Positions 1 through 11,204 of a stretch of DNA of 64,000 nucleotides are shown here, piece by piece. The first letter of the stretch is position 1, and every line of letters starts with the position of its first letter. A program made the position numbers and the translations under genes. The stretch is from an uncultured Thermodesulfobacteriota bacterium (GTDB lineage: Bacteria > Desulfobacterota > WTBG01 > CAIYCZ01 > CAIRTM01), in the NCBI GenBank assembly GCA_964518865.1, contig CAZFIB010000012.1, positions 2,736 to 66,735 of the forward strand, given 5' to 3'. The notes below the pieces were generated by a model. It ran no database searches, was not told the DNA's origin, and worked only from the letters and a program-made list of their open reading frames with translations.

Positions 1-734
1 TGCCCGGAACCGTCGGCGCGCATGCGGTAGAGCTCGAAATTCCCGTCGCGGTAGCTTTGAAAGCTTATGTATAAGCCGTCGGGTGAAAAGGCGGCGACTT
101 TATCATGGGCGGGATTGTTGCTGATATTTACCAGACCGGAACCATCGATATTCATCAGGTGTATCTCCGACTTCTGCTTCGACCGCCTGTTGATTCCCCC
201 AAGCTGAAAAGCGAGCCTGGTTCCGTCCGGCGAACGGGCCGGGTGCGTTGCATGGCTTTTGAAGCTGGTAAGTTTTGTGCGCTGGGATCCGTCGGGCAGC
301 ATTGAATACAGCTGCGATATGCCGGAGTCCTGGTCGCTTATAAAGTATATTTTGCTTCCGTCAGATGACCATTCGGGGTGGCGGTCTATCGCTGTGTTTC
401 GGGTCAGCTGCTGCAAGCCGCCGCCGTCTGCGTTCATGAGAAATATTTCATAATCACCGTCACGTCTTGAGGTAAAGGCGATACGGGCACCGTCCGGTGA
501 CCATACCGGCTCCCAGTCTTTAGCGTTGCTGTCGGTTAATTGTCGCCGGTCGGTGCCGTCGGGCCTGATAGAATAAATGTTTGTAGTTTTTTTAGCGCCA
601 TGGGCATACACGATTCGTGTTGTGGCGTTACTATCGGACCCCTCCGCTGCATGCCCGGAGCGTGCCATCAAGAGCTGCAGAACAATTGTGAGAATGAAGG
701 CCATCGCAAAAACGTGCCGCTTTGCCTCATCCAT
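1..734 (-). CDS. TolB-like beta-propeller (PD40 repeat) secreted protein, 3' end runs off the window
   Basis: Manual translation from ATG at 734 with SD AGGAGG: signal peptide MDEAKRHVFAMAFILTIVLQLLM, then repeats WEPVWSPDGARIAFTS, HPEWSSDGSKIYF, HPARSPDGTRLAF, AAFSPDGLYISFQS. Not in the ORF track. Confidence 0.88.
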   Translation of the reverse strand, partial: MDEAKRHVFAMAFILTIVLQLLMARSGHAAEGSDSNATTRIVYAHGAKKTTNIYSIRPDGTDRRQLTDSNAKDWEPVWSPDGARIAFTSRRDGDYEIFLMNADGGGLQQLTRNTAIDRHPEWSSDGSKIYFISDQDSGISQLYSMLPDGSQRTKLTSFKSHATHPARSPDGTRLAFQLGGINRRSKQKSEIHLMNIDGSGLVNISNNPAHDKVAAFSPDGLYISFQSYRDGNFELYRMRADGSG

Positions 735-1025
735 AATAACCTCCTTTTATTGATATCCGTTCTCGCAGGTAAGGTTGCCGAGTTATAGATTTTTTCATGT
801 CTGACGTCAGTTGATTCTGGTGTCATAAAGCGACCCCTGTGAAGCTATTGTAGTGGCTGCTTATCCCCTGCATTGTTAGCGACAACCTTCATATGCTATC
901 AAAGTGAATATGAAATTCACAGAGAATTGGCGGTCACGCTGCGGATTTTTGTTTTTGCCTCTCAGCGCAATATCTGCTATTGCTACTTTCAGAGCAGACT
1001 GCTGATTAACCATACGGGAATACGC

Positions 1026-3116
1026 ATGACCCCCTCGCCGAAACGGCCGGTCCCGAACAGACTTGCCGATGAGAAAAGCCCCTACCTTCTTCAGCACGCC
1101 CGCAATCCGGTCGACTGGTTTCCCTGGGGCGATGAGGCGTTTCAGGAGGCCGCGCGGCTGGACAGGCCCGTGTTTCTGTCGATCGGCTACTCGACCTGCC
1201 ACTGGTGCCATGTCATGGCCCATGAGTCATTCGAGGACGGGGAGGCCGCGAAGCACCTCAATGAAACCTTTATCTGCATAAAAGTCGACCGCGAAGAGCG
1301 TCCCGATATCGACATGATCTACATGCAGGTCTGCCAGATCATGAGCGGCAGCGGCGGCTGGCCGCTGACCGTTATCCTGACGCCGGACCGCAAGCCGTTT
1401 TATGCATGCACCTATCTCCCCAAGGCACACCTTGTAGATCTTGCGCGGCAGGTCGCTGAAATCTGGCAGCACCGGCGCGGCGATATCGCCGGGTCTTCCG
1501 AGCGAGTCGTTGAAGCGCTCAGGCGCGGCTCCGACGATCGCTCCGCTGCAGCACCGGATACCGGGACGCTGCACAGGGCTTTTGTGCAGCTTACGGAAAG
1601 CTTCGACGACCGGTGGGGCGGGTTCACCCATCAGCCGAAATTTCCGACACCGCACAACCTGCTGTTTCTTCTGCGATACTGGCACAGGACCGGAAGCCCG
1701 CAGGCCCTCGGCATGGTTGAGAAAACCCTCGATGCAATGCGGGCCGGCGGTCTGTTCGACCACCTCGGGTTCGGCTTTCACCGCTACTCGACCGACCGGC
1801 AGTGGCTGGTCCCCCATTTCGAAAAAATGCTCTATGACCAGGCCCTGCTTGTCATGGCATACACCGAAGCATACCAGGCCACCGGCAGGGCCGCCTACCG
1901 GCAAACCGCTGAAGAGGTGATCGAGTACGTGCTGCGCGACATGCGGGCGCCGGAGGGGGCTTTTTACAGCGCGGAAGATGCCGATTCGGAAGGCGTTGAG
2001 GGAAAATTCTATGTCTGGACGGAAGCGGAAATCCGGGACAGCCTCGATGAGAAAAGCGCTGCACTTGTCATTGATTATTTCGGCATAACCGCGGAGGGCA
2101 ATTTCCGGGATGAAGCTGCGGGCCGCACAACCGAACGCAATATACTGCATGCTGCCTGCAGTCTTGAAGATCTCGCCCGCAGGCACGGCAGCTCGGAAGA
2201 AACATGTGCGGACATACTGAATGCAGCGCGGAGGAAACTGTTTCAGGTACGGGAAGCGCGCGTGCGCCCGCACCGGGATGATAAAATCCTCACCGACTGG
2301 AACGGGCTGATGATCGCTGCGCTGGCAAAGGCCGGCCGGGCGTTTGACAATCCCGTCTATACCGCTGCTGCCGCAACAGCGGCCGAGGCTGTGCTGCACC
2401 ACCTGTCCGCCCCGGAGGGGCGCCTGTACCACCGCTTTCGGGAGGGGCACTCCGCCATAGATGCCCTTCTCGACGATTACATGTTTCTGACATGGGGACT
2501 TGTCGAGCTGTATGAAGCTGTATTTGAGGCACAGTGGCTGGAAAGGGCCCTCGACCTTACCGGGGTCGCAGAGCGCTACTTTTGGGACAGCACGCACGGA
2601 GGCTTTTATTTCAGCCCTTCCGACAGCGAAGCGCTGATCGCGCGGCCGAAAGAAATCTACGACGGTGCGGTTCCTTCCGGCAACGCGGCGGCACAGCTCA
2701 ACCTTATCAGGCTTGCAAGAATGACCGGGTCTCAAGAACTCGAGGAGCGTGCCGCTGCAATCGGCACGGCCTTTGCCGAAAAGCTTACGAGCTTTCCCCA
2801 GGCATATACGTTTACCATGACAGCCCTGGAATTCACGGCAGGCGATTCCTGCGAGGTCGTCATTGCAGGAAACCCCGGTTCGAACGATACCCGGGAGCTG
2901 ATTCGAACGCTGCAATCGATTTACCTGCCGAACGCGGCTGTCATGCTGCGCCCGACCGACACGCCTGCACCGCGGATTCTCTCATCAGCCGACTACCTGA
3001 AGGACTTTGAGGATGTGAACGGCAAAGCCGCCGCCTATATCTGCCGCAACAGAACCTGTCAGGCACCGGTCAGCGATGCCGGAGAGATGCTTAAACTGCT
3101 CGGGAAAGACGGGTAG
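1026..3116 (+). CDS. Thioredoxin-domain protein, YyaL/SSP411 (SPATA20) family
   Basis: [54 protein letters not shown]. Start placed at ATG 1026 rather than TTG 873. Confidence 0.93.
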   Translation: MTPSPKRPVPNRLADEKSPYLLQHARNPVDWFPWGDEAFQEAARLDRPVFLSIGYSTCHWCHVMAHESFEDGEAAKHLNETFICIKVDREERPDIDMIYMQVCQIMSGSGGWPLTVILTPDRKPFYACTYLPKAHLVDLARQVAEIWQHRRGDIAGSSERVVEALRRGSDDRSAAAPDTGTLHRAFVQLTESFDDRWGGFTHQPKFPTPHNLLFLLRYWHRTGSPQALGMVEKTLDAMRAGGLFDHLGFGFHRYSTDRQWLVPHFEKMLYDQALLVMAYTEAYQATGRAAYRQTAEEVIEYVLRDMRAPEGAFYSAEDADSEGVEGKFYVWTEAEIRDSLDEKSAALVIDYFGITAEGNFRDEAAGRTTERNILHAACSLEDLARRHGSSEETCADILNAARRKLFQVREARVRPHRDDKILTDWNGLMIAALAKAGRAFDNPVYTAAAATAAEAVLHHLSAPEGRLYHRFREGHSAIDALLDDYMFLTWGLVELYEAVFEAQWLERALDLTGVAERYFWDSTHGGFYFSPSDSEALIARPKEIYDGAVPSGNAAAQLNLIRLARMTGSQELEERAAAIGTAFAEKLTSFPQAYTFTMTALEFTAGDSCEVVIAGNPGSNDTRELIRTLQSIYLPNAAVMLRPTDTPAPRILSSADYLKDFEDVNGKAAAYICRNRTCQAPVSDAGEMLKLLGKDG

Positions 3117-3123
3117 AAAAATG

Positions 3124-4785
3124 CTACTGCATCACGGGGTGACGGCACCCTTTTTTCAGCTCTTCCACCCCCTCGTCATCAAGGTAAACCAGGTTGTTGG
3201 CTCCTATCCGTCCGGAGCAGAAATATCTGCGATCGACGTTTTTCATCCTGAACAGATTGAGCGTCATGATATCGAAGGCTGCCTCTGATACATCCTGCCG
3301 GTAGGGGATATCGTATGCTTCGTCAACAGGTCCGCTCATGTTCACCCTGACAACGGTTTCCGGCAGGCGCATCCCCGCGCGCTTGACGTCGATGTGCTTT
3401 TTAGTCATGGCAAGCATCTCAGGCAAAAAACCCGTCATCTGAAGGCACAGCAGTACGACGGCAGCTGATTTCAAAAAACGCTTTGCTCCGGCCAGGTGCT
3501 CCAGCGCCGCCGCAGCGCCGAGAATAATCACCAGCTGTGCGGGCAGCATGCTTCGATAGGAAAGAACATTGTAGCCCGAGCTGTGAAAACAAAAAAGCAG
3601 CACAAAGGTCAGCAACACAAAAGACGCATCAGTAAGCGCCTGCCGGTCGGACTGCCTGCGCCGAGCATACACATACATGCAAAACAGCAGTAGCACTACA
3701 CCGAATTCCACCGCGAGAAACAGCACATAGGCAGGCAGATCCTGAATATCTGCAACCCAGGCAAGGGGTGCCGACCTGCCGGCAATGCAGCCGGCAGCGG
3801 GAAGCAGCGCCGCAAGAGCCCCTGCAGAAAACCAGACAGCGGCAGCGAGCGCCTTTCGGATGTTATTCAGGGCGCGCCTGAAAAGTGCCAGCAGGCAGTA
3901 CAGGCAGGCAAACAGGGCCGTGTAGGCGGAAAACCCGGCCTGGATGCCTGCCAGCAGCCCGCACAGCAGCGCTGCAGCCGTACTCGGCCCGCAGCGCCTG
4001 AGCACGGCAAACTGTACAGCGAACAGGGCAAGGCCGCAGGCGTGCTGCGGCGCCCAGAAATGGGTGCTGTACAGCGAGCTGACCTGCTGCTCGAGCCCGA
4101 TGCCGCGCGCCCACCACTCGGTATGCCAGTTTGGCCGGCCGTGCAGCAGCGAGGCCATGAAGTGCGGCCATTCGTGCAGCCCGCCGAGAAAGGTGATGCA
4201 CAGTGTGAAAAACAGACGCTGCCCGGTCTCTCGCGGCACAAGTGCATTGCCGCAGATGCACAGCAGCGCAGTTACACTGCACGACACGCACAGGACATAC
4301 AGCGCCCATATGAGCTTGAGATTGAGGCCCGGTGCTGTGCTGTACAGCGCAGCCGGAATACTGTAGGCATAGAAATAGTAACTGAACGACAGGTCGGGAA
4401 ACAGATAATGGCGCAGGTGCGGAAACGATCCCATGACCGATACCGCCTTTTGCATGTGCCAGCTGTCGTCGTACACCGCCACCGGCAGATCAGGAGCAAG
4501 GGCTGTCAGGCGCGGCAGCGCAACGGCAAGAGCGAACAGGACCGCGCAGAGTATCTGTCCGAATGTCAGCTCCAGCCCCTGCAGGTGCCTGCCGTACCGG
4601 CGAACGGCTGCAGCGAGGCCGGCCGTAACAGCCACCCCCGCGCACAGGCAGGTACGCTGGAGAAGGCCGTGAGGCTGCCATGCCGTCAGGGGGTTGAGAA
4701 TCCTGCCGAGCACAAAGGACAGAGGCGGAACAAGGAGCGTAATTGATGCGCTCCAGATAAAAAAAAGCGTCGATAGTTTCTGCAT
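3124..4785 (-). CDS. Multi-pass membrane protein, possible GT-C glycosyltransferase
   Basis: Many hydrophobic segments, YDDSWH loop after the first TMs, located in a GT cluster. Confidence 0.6.
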   Translation of the reverse strand: MQKLSTLFFIWSASITLLVPPLSFVLGRILNPLTAWQPHGLLQRTCLCAGVAVTAGLAAAVRRYGRHLQGLELTFGQILCAVLFALAVALPRLTALAPDLPVAVYDDSWHMQKAVSVMGSFPHLRHYLFPDLSFSYYFYAYSIPAALYSTAPGLNLKLIWALYVLCVSCSVTALLCICGNALVPRETGQRLFFTLCITFLGGLHEWPHFMASLLHGRPNWHTEWWARGIGLEQQVSSLYSTHFWAPQHACGLALFAVQFAVLRRCGPSTAAALLCGLLAGIQAGFSAYTALFACLYCLLALFRRALNNIRKALAAAVWFSAGALAALLPAAGCIAGRSAPLAWVADIQDLPAYVLFLAVEFGVVLLLFCMYVYARRRQSDRQALTDASFVLLTFVLLFCFHSSGYNVLSYRSMLPAQLVIILGAAAALEHLAGAKRFLKSAAVVLLCLQMTGFLPEMLAMTKKHIDVKRAGMRLPETVVRVNMSGPVDEAYDIPYRQDVSEAAFDIMTLNLFRMKNVDRRYFCSGRIGANNLVYLDDEGVEELKKGCRHPVMQ

Positions 4786-4802
4786 GCGGTATGAGCAGCC
4801 TG

Positions 4803-6263
4803 TTATTCTTTCGGAACGTACCAGTATTTAATAAGGGGGTAATACCGCGCAAACCGCACATACTCGGGCCTGAGGCGGTAATACCGCTCGATAACTTTTT
4901 GAAAACGGGTGAATTTTCTGTCAAGCAGAACAGCGCTGTAGCGCCTTTCTCTGAGGGCTTTTCGGATATCTGCTATCAGCCGGTTTGCAACCGGATGCGG
5001 CCCGCCGCGCAGAATATCGTTAATACAGCCGATATGGGCCGAACTGTTTTTCCCGGCTGCCGCGCACAGGTAGCCGTTTGCCGGAGCGAATACCGGGCCG
5101 CTGATCTCTCCGATAGCGCTGACCGTGCTTTTACACAAAAGCTCGAAGTCCTGTGACGGGATAAGTCGAACCGGGTTGTAGAGCAGAAAGAAAAACTGAA
5201 GCAGTAGGGCCGACACAGCCGCCGCCTGCTTCCAGGGCGGCGGTGGTGCCGGTGCAGCTCCCCGCTGTATGGATGCACCCAGGCAGAGCCCGGCCAGCAT
5301 CGATACGACGGCATAGACCGGCATCAGCACATTCTTGAAACCGCCGCTTTTAATATACGTCATGCAGGCAATGCCTGTTACCGCAGCCGCAACAAGGCCG
5401 TAGAAAACAGCGCGCTCTTTGGTGCGCAGCCGGGATGGCAGCGCAAAAAATGCCGCCGCGAGCAGAAGTGAGCACGGCAGCACCGACAGCATGTGCTCCC
5501 CCCAGAACTCGCCGATTCTGCTTAAATCGACGGCGTGCCTGCCGGGCAGGATAAGGGTATAGTAGAGATACCAGCCGTCATGCGCGGCATTGATTGCAAG
5601 CGTCAGGGCGGCGGCCGGTCCCCAGGCGCTCAGCGCCAGTACGACGCCGCGGGAAGCAGAGCGGAAACAAAGGCAGTACACGATCAGCGGCAGGCTCAGC
5701 ACCAGCCCCGTCTGCTTTGTCAGCGCCGAGCAGGCAAGCAGCAGCCCGGCCGCAACCGCGCCGCCGAAAGAGGTGCGAAAACGGCACACATACATCCCGG
5801 CAAAAAAGAGAAACAGAAAAAGCGTGTCGATGCGGCCCATGTCGAGGTACGGGCCGCCTGCCTTGTAGGTTGCCGCGAAAAGCCCCGCAGCGGCAAGGCC
5901 TGCCAGCCGGCTTCCCGTCTCGCGCTTCACGAGGGCAAACAGAAGCCAGAAAATACCGATGCTCGACGCAACCGACACCAGCCGCAGCGCCGCCATTCCT
6001 TCTCCCGCAACCTTGGCCGCCAGCGCCGCGATGCAGAAGTACAGCGGCGGATAAATCGACGGGACAAACCCGGGAGAGGGGGCACAGTAAAGGCTGCTCC
6101 CGCGCAGAACCCTTCCCACATGATCGAGCATGCTGCCCTCGATCCACTCCAGGGCAAAGGGAAACTCAAGGTGGGCAAGTGCCAGCGCAGCATACACGCC
6201 CAGATAGTACAGGCTGAGCCCCGCCAGCCCGTACCGTGAAAGAGCCCTGATTGTCACAAACAT
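4803..6263 (-). CDS. ArnT/PMT-like (GT39/GT83) membrane glycosyltransferase
   Basis: LEWIEG, IYPPLY, LRLVS, GRIDTL, LTKQT motifs and multiple TMs. Confidence 0.8.
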   Translation of the reverse strand: MFVTIRALSRYGLAGLSLYYLGVYAALALAHLEFPFALEWIEGSMLDHVGRVLRGSSLYCAPSPGFVPSIYPPLYFCIAALAAKVAGEGMAALRLVSVASSIGIFWLLFALVKRETGSRLAGLAAAGLFAATYKAGGPYLDMGRIDTLFLFLFFAGMYVCRFRTSFGGAVAAGLLLACSALTKQTGLVLSLPLIVYCLCFRSASRGVVLALSAWGPAAALTLAINAAHDGWYLYYTLILPGRHAVDLSRIGEFWGEHMLSVLPCSLLLAAAFFALPSRLRTKERAVFYGLVAAAVTGIACMTYIKSGGFKNVLMPVYAVVSMLAGLCLGASIQRGAAPAPPPPWKQAAAVSALLLQFFFLLYNPVRLIPSQDFELLCKSTVSAIGEISGPVFAPANGYLCAAAGKNSSAHIGCINDILRGGPHPVANRLIADIRKALRERRYSAVLLDRKFTRFQKVIERYYRLRPEYVRFARYYPLIKYWYVPKE

Positions 6264-6474
6264 GTTTCTTTACACCATCCTGAAGTGATGCTACCTTTTC
6301 AGAACCGTTACCGTAGTATATGTGTATATTTACAATTACCGCCTCCGGCGGTGCAGCCCGAAAATCATTCTGCGTTTTGGGTTACAATTAAAGTTACTGG
6401 TTACATAACATGTCAGCTTGCAAAGTTCATACCTTTCTTTGCGTGTCCAAAGAAAGGTATGGCCAAATAAAGGA

Positions 6475-6678
6475 CACCCGTTTGCCCGGCCCGCCTCCGG
6501 CGGGCAGCCTCGCTTGAACCGTGTGCAGCGGCGGGCCGAAAACTCGCTGCGCTCAGACAGTTCGGCCCCTTTTTCGGCAGCACACGGTTCAGACTCGGCG
6601 CGGTCACAATGGGACCAAAAGACCCGATGGCCCCTGAAGGGGGTTATCCTGACACCTCGCCCTTTGGGCGAGGATAAT
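6475..6678 (+). repeat. ~200-bp structured intergenic repeat, family A copy 1
   Basis: Aligns with 59467-59669; nested inverted repeats. Confidence 0.85.
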
Positions 6679-6694
6679 CACTCTCCGGCGCCGT

Positions 6695-7819
6695 ATGAAA
6701 ATCGCGCTCGTCATTCCCCAGTTTCTGCCCTTTGTGGGCGGCGCTGAAATGGTTGTCCATCATCTGGCCTGCGCCTGGCATCGTGGGGGCCATGCGGTCC
6801 GTGTGTTCAATCATACAACCGGCGCCGCACCGCCGGATGCCCCCTACAGCGTCAGAAAATACCGCCTCCTGCGGGGATCGACCCGCCTGGGCGCGCACCG
6901 CTTTCCGTTCCGGCAGTACACGTCCCGCCACCTCAGGCTTCTGCTGCACGATTTTCAGCCGGATGTCATCTCAGCCCACTTCGGCTACCCGACCGCCGTC
7001 TGGCTGGATGATACCGGTATGCTGCCACGCTGCCTGGTCACCTGCCACGGCATGGAGCTCAACGAGCAGGAGCGCCCGCGCCGTGTTTTTAAGATCGACC
7101 GGCTCATGGCGGACTGCATCAACAGATCGGCCGGCGCGGTTGCAATCAGTTCCAATGCCCGCAGTGTTCTGGAGTCGATGGGGGTACGGCAATCGAAAAT
7201 ATATTATATTCCCAACGGCATCGACACGCGGCAGTTCAGCCGCCGGCCGGCATTCAACCTTCGCGCAGCGTTCAGCCTGCCCGAACAGTCCCCGATCGTA
7301 CTCAGCGTGGGTCGCAACAACTGGATAAAAGCCCGCGATGCAGGCCTGCACGCTTTTGCAACGGTCCTCCGCAGAATGCCCGATGTCTACTATATCATAC
7401 TCGGCACAGGAAACCGGCAACTGCTTCCGCTTGCCGCTAAGCTGGGAATCGCCGACAATGTCGTCTTCAGCGAACTCTACGGAGATGATCTCACCGCCGC
7501 GTATCAGCAGTCAACCGTATACTTCTCATCATCGCTTTTTGAACTCTGTCCCGTCAGCGTTCTGGAAGCGATGGCTGCCGGCCTTTCCGTAGTTGCAACC
7601 GATGTCAGCGGAAATCAGGACCTCGTCGATCACGACAGGAACGGGCTGCTTGTCCCGCCGGGCGACACGGCGGCAATGGCCGATGCCCTCTGCGCAGTCA
7701 TTGATTCCGAATCTCTCCGGAGCCGCTTCAGCCGATGCGGCCTGGCGCACGCCTCGTTTTATGACTGGAGCGCCATCGCCGACATCTATCTCGGCTGCAT
7801 CCCCCGGGCTGCGACCTGA
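6695..7819 (+). CDS. Glycosyltransferase family 4
   Basis: GGAE at N-terminus, IPNGID, LEAMAAG, GLLVPPGD. Confidence 0.93.
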   Translation: MKIALVIPQFLPFVGGAEMVVHHLACAWHRGGHAVRVFNHTTGAAPPDAPYSVRKYRLLRGSTRLGAHRFPFRQYTSRHLRLLLHDFQPDVISAHFGYPTAVWLDDTGMLPRCLVTCHGMELNEQERPRRVFKIDRLMADCINRSAGAVAISSNARSVLESMGVRQSKIYYIPNGIDTRQFSRRPAFNLRAAFSLPEQSPIVLSVGRNNWIKARDAGLHAFATVLRRMPDVYYIILGTGNRQLLPLAAKLGIADNVVFSELYGDDLTAAYQQSTVYFSSSLFELCPVSVLEAMAAGLSVVATDVSGNQDLVDHDRNGLLVPPGDTAAMADALCAVIDSESLRSRFSRCGLAHASFYDWSAIADIYLGCIPRAAT

Positions 7820-7830
7820 TCGACTTCCGC

Positions 7831-8748
7831 CTAGCGGCCGTGTTTTATCCTGCTCAGCACGGCCGCCATGCCCGGCGGCAGCAGCGCCTTCAGGAAGAAA
7901 ACGATTCCCCGCAGGGTGGGGGAATGCCGCAGCGAGGCCGCGATGCTGCGGCGGGCACGCCGGTGGTCCCCGGCCGAATAATAGTTGATACCCCACACCA
8001 GATGGTGATCCGCGAAAAGCATCTTTTCATGCGGCCGGTAGATATCGGGCTGTCGTTCCAGGGCCCGCTCGATAACGCGAAAATGTGCAGCGCGCTTTGT
8101 CTCGAGAGCGGTGGTGTCGGAAAGACTGCCGCTTCTAAGGTGGATGACGACCAGGCGCTCCGGCACCTCGCGAACGTCGGCGTGCTCGGCCATGCGTATC
8201 CAGAGATCCTGATCTTCCCATGCGGCAAGCGATTCGTCAAACCCTCCCGCCTGCTCAAGAACCGCCCGGCGGCAGGTGGTGGCGGGCGTGAACTGAAACG
8301 GGCTCGGCCACAGGATGCGCGGGAAAGCTCTGTGCCGTTCATACTCCTCGTTAAGCCGTACCCGGGTTCCGTCCGGACGCTGCCCGATCGACAGACAATA
8401 GGTCATGCCGGCACCATGATCGTCGATCATCGGGTCCACTCCTGAAGACAGCCTGCCGGCCAGCCACTCGTCGTCAGCATCCAGAAAGGCGATATGCTCA
8501 CCCGTGCTTGCCGCTATGCCTGCATTCCGGGCGGCCGCCGCTCCGGCATGCTCCCGGCGCACAAGGCGGACGGCAGAACCGAAGGCCCGGACAGCCTCAG
8601 CGGTCCGGTCTTCCGAGCCGTCATCGACAACGATTATTTCCCGGGCGGCATAGTCCTGCGCAAGTACAGAGCGCAGAGCCCGTCCGATACAGGCACAGCT
8701 GTTGTAGGCGGGAATGACGACTGAAACAAGCGGATTCCGTCCCGTCAT
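7831..8748 (-). CDS. Glycosyltransferase family 2
   Basis: VSVVIPAYN, VVDDGS, AARNAG, FLDADD, EDQDLW. Start MTGRNP at 8748 gives an ATGA overlap with the upstream gene. Confidence 0.92.
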   Translation of the reverse strand: MTGRNPLVSVVIPAYNSCACIGRALRSVLAQDYAAREIIVVDDGSEDRTAEAVRAFGSAVRLVRREHAGAAAARNAGIAASTGEHIAFLDADDEWLAGRLSSGVDPMIDDHGAGMTYCLSIGQRPDGTRVRLNEEYERHRAFPRILWPSPFQFTPATTCRRAVLEQAGGFDESLAAWEDQDLWIRMAEHADVREVPERLVVIHLRSGSLSDTTALETKRAAHFRVIERALERQPDIYRPHEKMLFADHHLVWGINYYSAGDHRRARRSIAASLRHSPTLRGIVFFLKALLPPGMAAVLSRIKHGR

Positions 8749-9728
8749 ATTTTTTCGAACACCTTTTGTTTGAAAACCTGTTCGAGCCTGCCGAACCACG
8801 GCACGTGCCTGCTCAGGGCGGCATAGGCGCGCGGTCCGATCATCTGCCTGAGCCGGTAACGCAAATGGGTAAAGGATATGAGCAGCAGCGGGCAGCGCCG
8901 CCAGGCCTGCCGCCAGCACTGACGGGCCTCGCGGTGCTTTCCCGATTCCCGGAGGCGCATGCCTTCGGTCATCAGCTGAGTCGCATACATCAGGTGCATC
9001 GGCAGCAGTATGCGCCATGCTGCAATGCCGCCTCTTTCCTTCCAGTAGCGTCGGGTTATGAGCATGCCCTCCTCGACAAAGGGTTGCCAGCCCCGGGAGG
9101 TTTTGGCCTGCCGGTGCAGCCGGTACGCTGCAAGCGCTTCATCCAGGTAATAAAAACGCACCGTCTCAGACAGCCTGAGCCAGAAGTCGTAGTCCATCAT
9201 GTAATGCAGGTCCGGATCAAAGGGGCCGAACCGCTCCCGGAGCTCTTTTTTAAAAAAGCTGCCCGGCTGGCCGAAGCCGGCCCCGCCCTCCCGCCACCAC
9301 CGGAAAAAGGAGCGGGGGTCATAGGAGGCCCGCTTTGTCTCCACGACAGTGCCGTGCCCGTCGACAAACGTGCAGTTGCTGAACACGAACTGCGCCTCGG
9401 GACAGTTCCCGGCGAAGGCGGCCAGCTTGTTCAGCGCTTCCGGAAACAGATAGTCATCGGCATTGATCCAGGCGATCCACTCGCCCTCAGCCATGCCGAT
9501 TCCCTTGTTGAGCGCATCGGACTGCCCGCGGTCCGGCTCGCTGATCCAGCGCAGGTGACTGTAGTTTTGTATTATATCGAGCGTTTCATCGGTTGATCCC
9601 CCGTCAACGATAATGTGCTCGATATCGTTACGACCCTGTCCGAGAACGCTTTCAATCGTGCTGCGGATAAAGCAACCCTGATTAAGAGACGGGGTAACGA
9701 CGCTTATGAAGGGATTGTCTGAACTCAT
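8745..9728 (-). CDS. Glycosyltransferase family 2 (WcaE-like)
   Basis: ISVVTPSLNQ, DGGSTD, EPDRGQSDALNKG, INADD, MDYDFWLR. Start at 9728. Confidence 0.92.
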   Translation of the reverse strand: MSSDNPFISVVTPSLNQGCFIRSTIESVLGQGRNDIEHIIVDGGSTDETLDIIQNYSHLRWISEPDRGQSDALNKGIGMAEGEWIAWINADDYLFPEALNKLAAFAGNCPEAQFVFSNCTFVDGHGTVVETKRASYDPRSFFRWWREGGAGFGQPGSFFKKELRERFGPFDPDLHYMMDYDFWLRLSETVRFYYLDEALAAYRLHRQAKTSRGWQPFVEEGMLITRRYWKERGGIAAWRILLPMHLMYATQLMTEGMRLRESGKHREARQCWRQAWRRCPLLLISFTHLRYRLRQMIGPRAYAALSRHVPWFGRLEQVFKQKVFEKI

Positions 9729-10984
9729 GTCAGTACCGTTTCGCACAGCCTGAGATAATCATCGACCATGCGCTCCAGGCGATACGATGCGCGGACTTTT
9801 TCAGCACCGGCGGCCCCCGCCCGCCGCCTCTCGTCCTGATGACCGTACAGGCGCCTGAGGGCCCGTACAATCGCGCCCGCATCACCCGGTCCGGTCAGGA
9901 ATCCTGTTCGTCCGTGCTCGATCTGCTCGGAAACCCCGCCCACAGCAGTGCCGACTACCGGCACCCCGCAGGCCATGGCTTCCAGCACGGACACGGGGAA
10001 GTTATCGGCTTTGGTTGCGTGAACGAACACGTCGGCGCAGTTGTACACGGCCGCCATATCTTCAGGGGAGGGTACTCTGCCGAGAGACACGATACCCGTA
10101 TCTTCGCGGTCAGCCTCCGGGTCGCCGGCTGCCAGAACACAGCAGGAGGGGACCGCCTGTTTAAGCAGCCGTGCAGCTGCAGCGAATGTCGCATAATCCT
10201 TGAACGGATTCCTTTTACCGAGGTTTGCACTGAAAAGCACCGTGAACGCACTGTGCGATATGCCGAGTCTGCTGCGCGCGTTCCTGCGCTGATGGTCGGT
10301 AAAAGGTGTAAACACGGCCGTATCGATACCATACGGGATATGATGTACGGGAAGATCACCGGCAATGCTTTTCTGAACACATCCCGTAAGCCATTGCGAC
10401 GGGCATACAAGGTGAAGCCGGTCCGGAAGCAGCCTGCTGATGCGCCGGTACTGGTGCCTGCGCCGCCACAGGTTCAGCCTGCTCAGGTCATAGCGCAGGG
10501 GTACATACACGTCCGGGTACGGACAGTTTCCGCAGCCGCGCTGCCAGCGCAGGCAGTCAAAAGAATAGGCGCAGTGGCCGGTGAAGGCCCACATGTCGTG
10601 CAGCGTCCATATGAGCGGCGCGTGCCGGCACAGGCGGTACAGGTCCTCGATCCGCATGAGATCGGCCCGCATCGTATGTGACAGTACGATGTCGGGCCGG
10701 AACGGCAATTCATCGAACAGGTGTCGTGAGGAGCCGCCGGCACACTGCTCGAGACCCAGCGCCTCGAGTTTACAGAGAAGGTAGTGAATAACCTTGTCCG
10801 GAAGAGGTGCGTCGCCCGCCTCGCAGGGTGTTGCTGAAACCGCTGCACAGCCGCCTGCATCCTTGCCGGCGCGCACCCTGGTGTGAGAGCCGTGACCGCT
10901 TTTCAACAGCTCGCCGGCAAGCAGCATCGCCATGCCTTCGGCACCGCCGCCGTAATGCTCTGATGTGAGTGTAAGTATGTTCAT
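9725..10984 (-). CDS. Glycosyltransferase family 4 (WcaC-like)
   Basis: GGAE, WTLHDMWAFTGHC, DNFPVSVLEAMACG. Start MNIL at 10984. Confidence 0.92.
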   Translation of the reverse strand: MNILTLTSEHYGGGAEGMAMLLAGELLKSGHGSHTRVRAGKDAGGCAAVSATPCEAGDAPLPDKVIHYLLCKLEALGLEQCAGGSSRHLFDELPFRPDIVLSHTMRADLMRIEDLYRLCRHAPLIWTLHDMWAFTGHCAYSFDCLRWQRGCGNCPYPDVYVPLRYDLSRLNLWRRRHQYRRISRLLPDRLHLVCPSQWLTGCVQKSIAGDLPVHHIPYGIDTAVFTPFTDHQRRNARSRLGISHSAFTVLFSANLGKRNPFKDYATFAAAARLLKQAVPSCCVLAAGDPEADREDTGIVSLGRVPSPEDMAAVYNCADVFVHATKADNFPVSVLEAMACGVPVVGTAVGGVSEQIEHGRTGFLTGPGDAGAIVRALRRLYGHQDERRRAGAAGAEKVRASYRLERMVDDYLRLCETVLT

Positions 10985-11204
10985 GGCACGAGTCGGGCGG
11001 TTGGAAAAGTCCTGCGGCGCCTGCTTGCAGCGGTGGTGTGCTGCAGGCTGCCGCCGACAGTCCGCTAGTAGCGTATCAAAGTGATTCGTCAAAAGCAAAA
11101 CAAAGTTGTGCGGAGCGTATGCCCGGCCGATTGAAACACCTTTTGCTTTTCAGGGGCTGAGCAGCTACAATGTTCTTACGCTGCAAACCCTCAGGAGCCG
11201 ATCC

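Noticed and set aside
1227-2915. Long antisense ORFs (562 aa here; also 41575-43266, 53875-55047, 39629-40642)
   Set aside because: Shadow frames of well-supported genes in GC-rich DNA, with no recognisable motifs.
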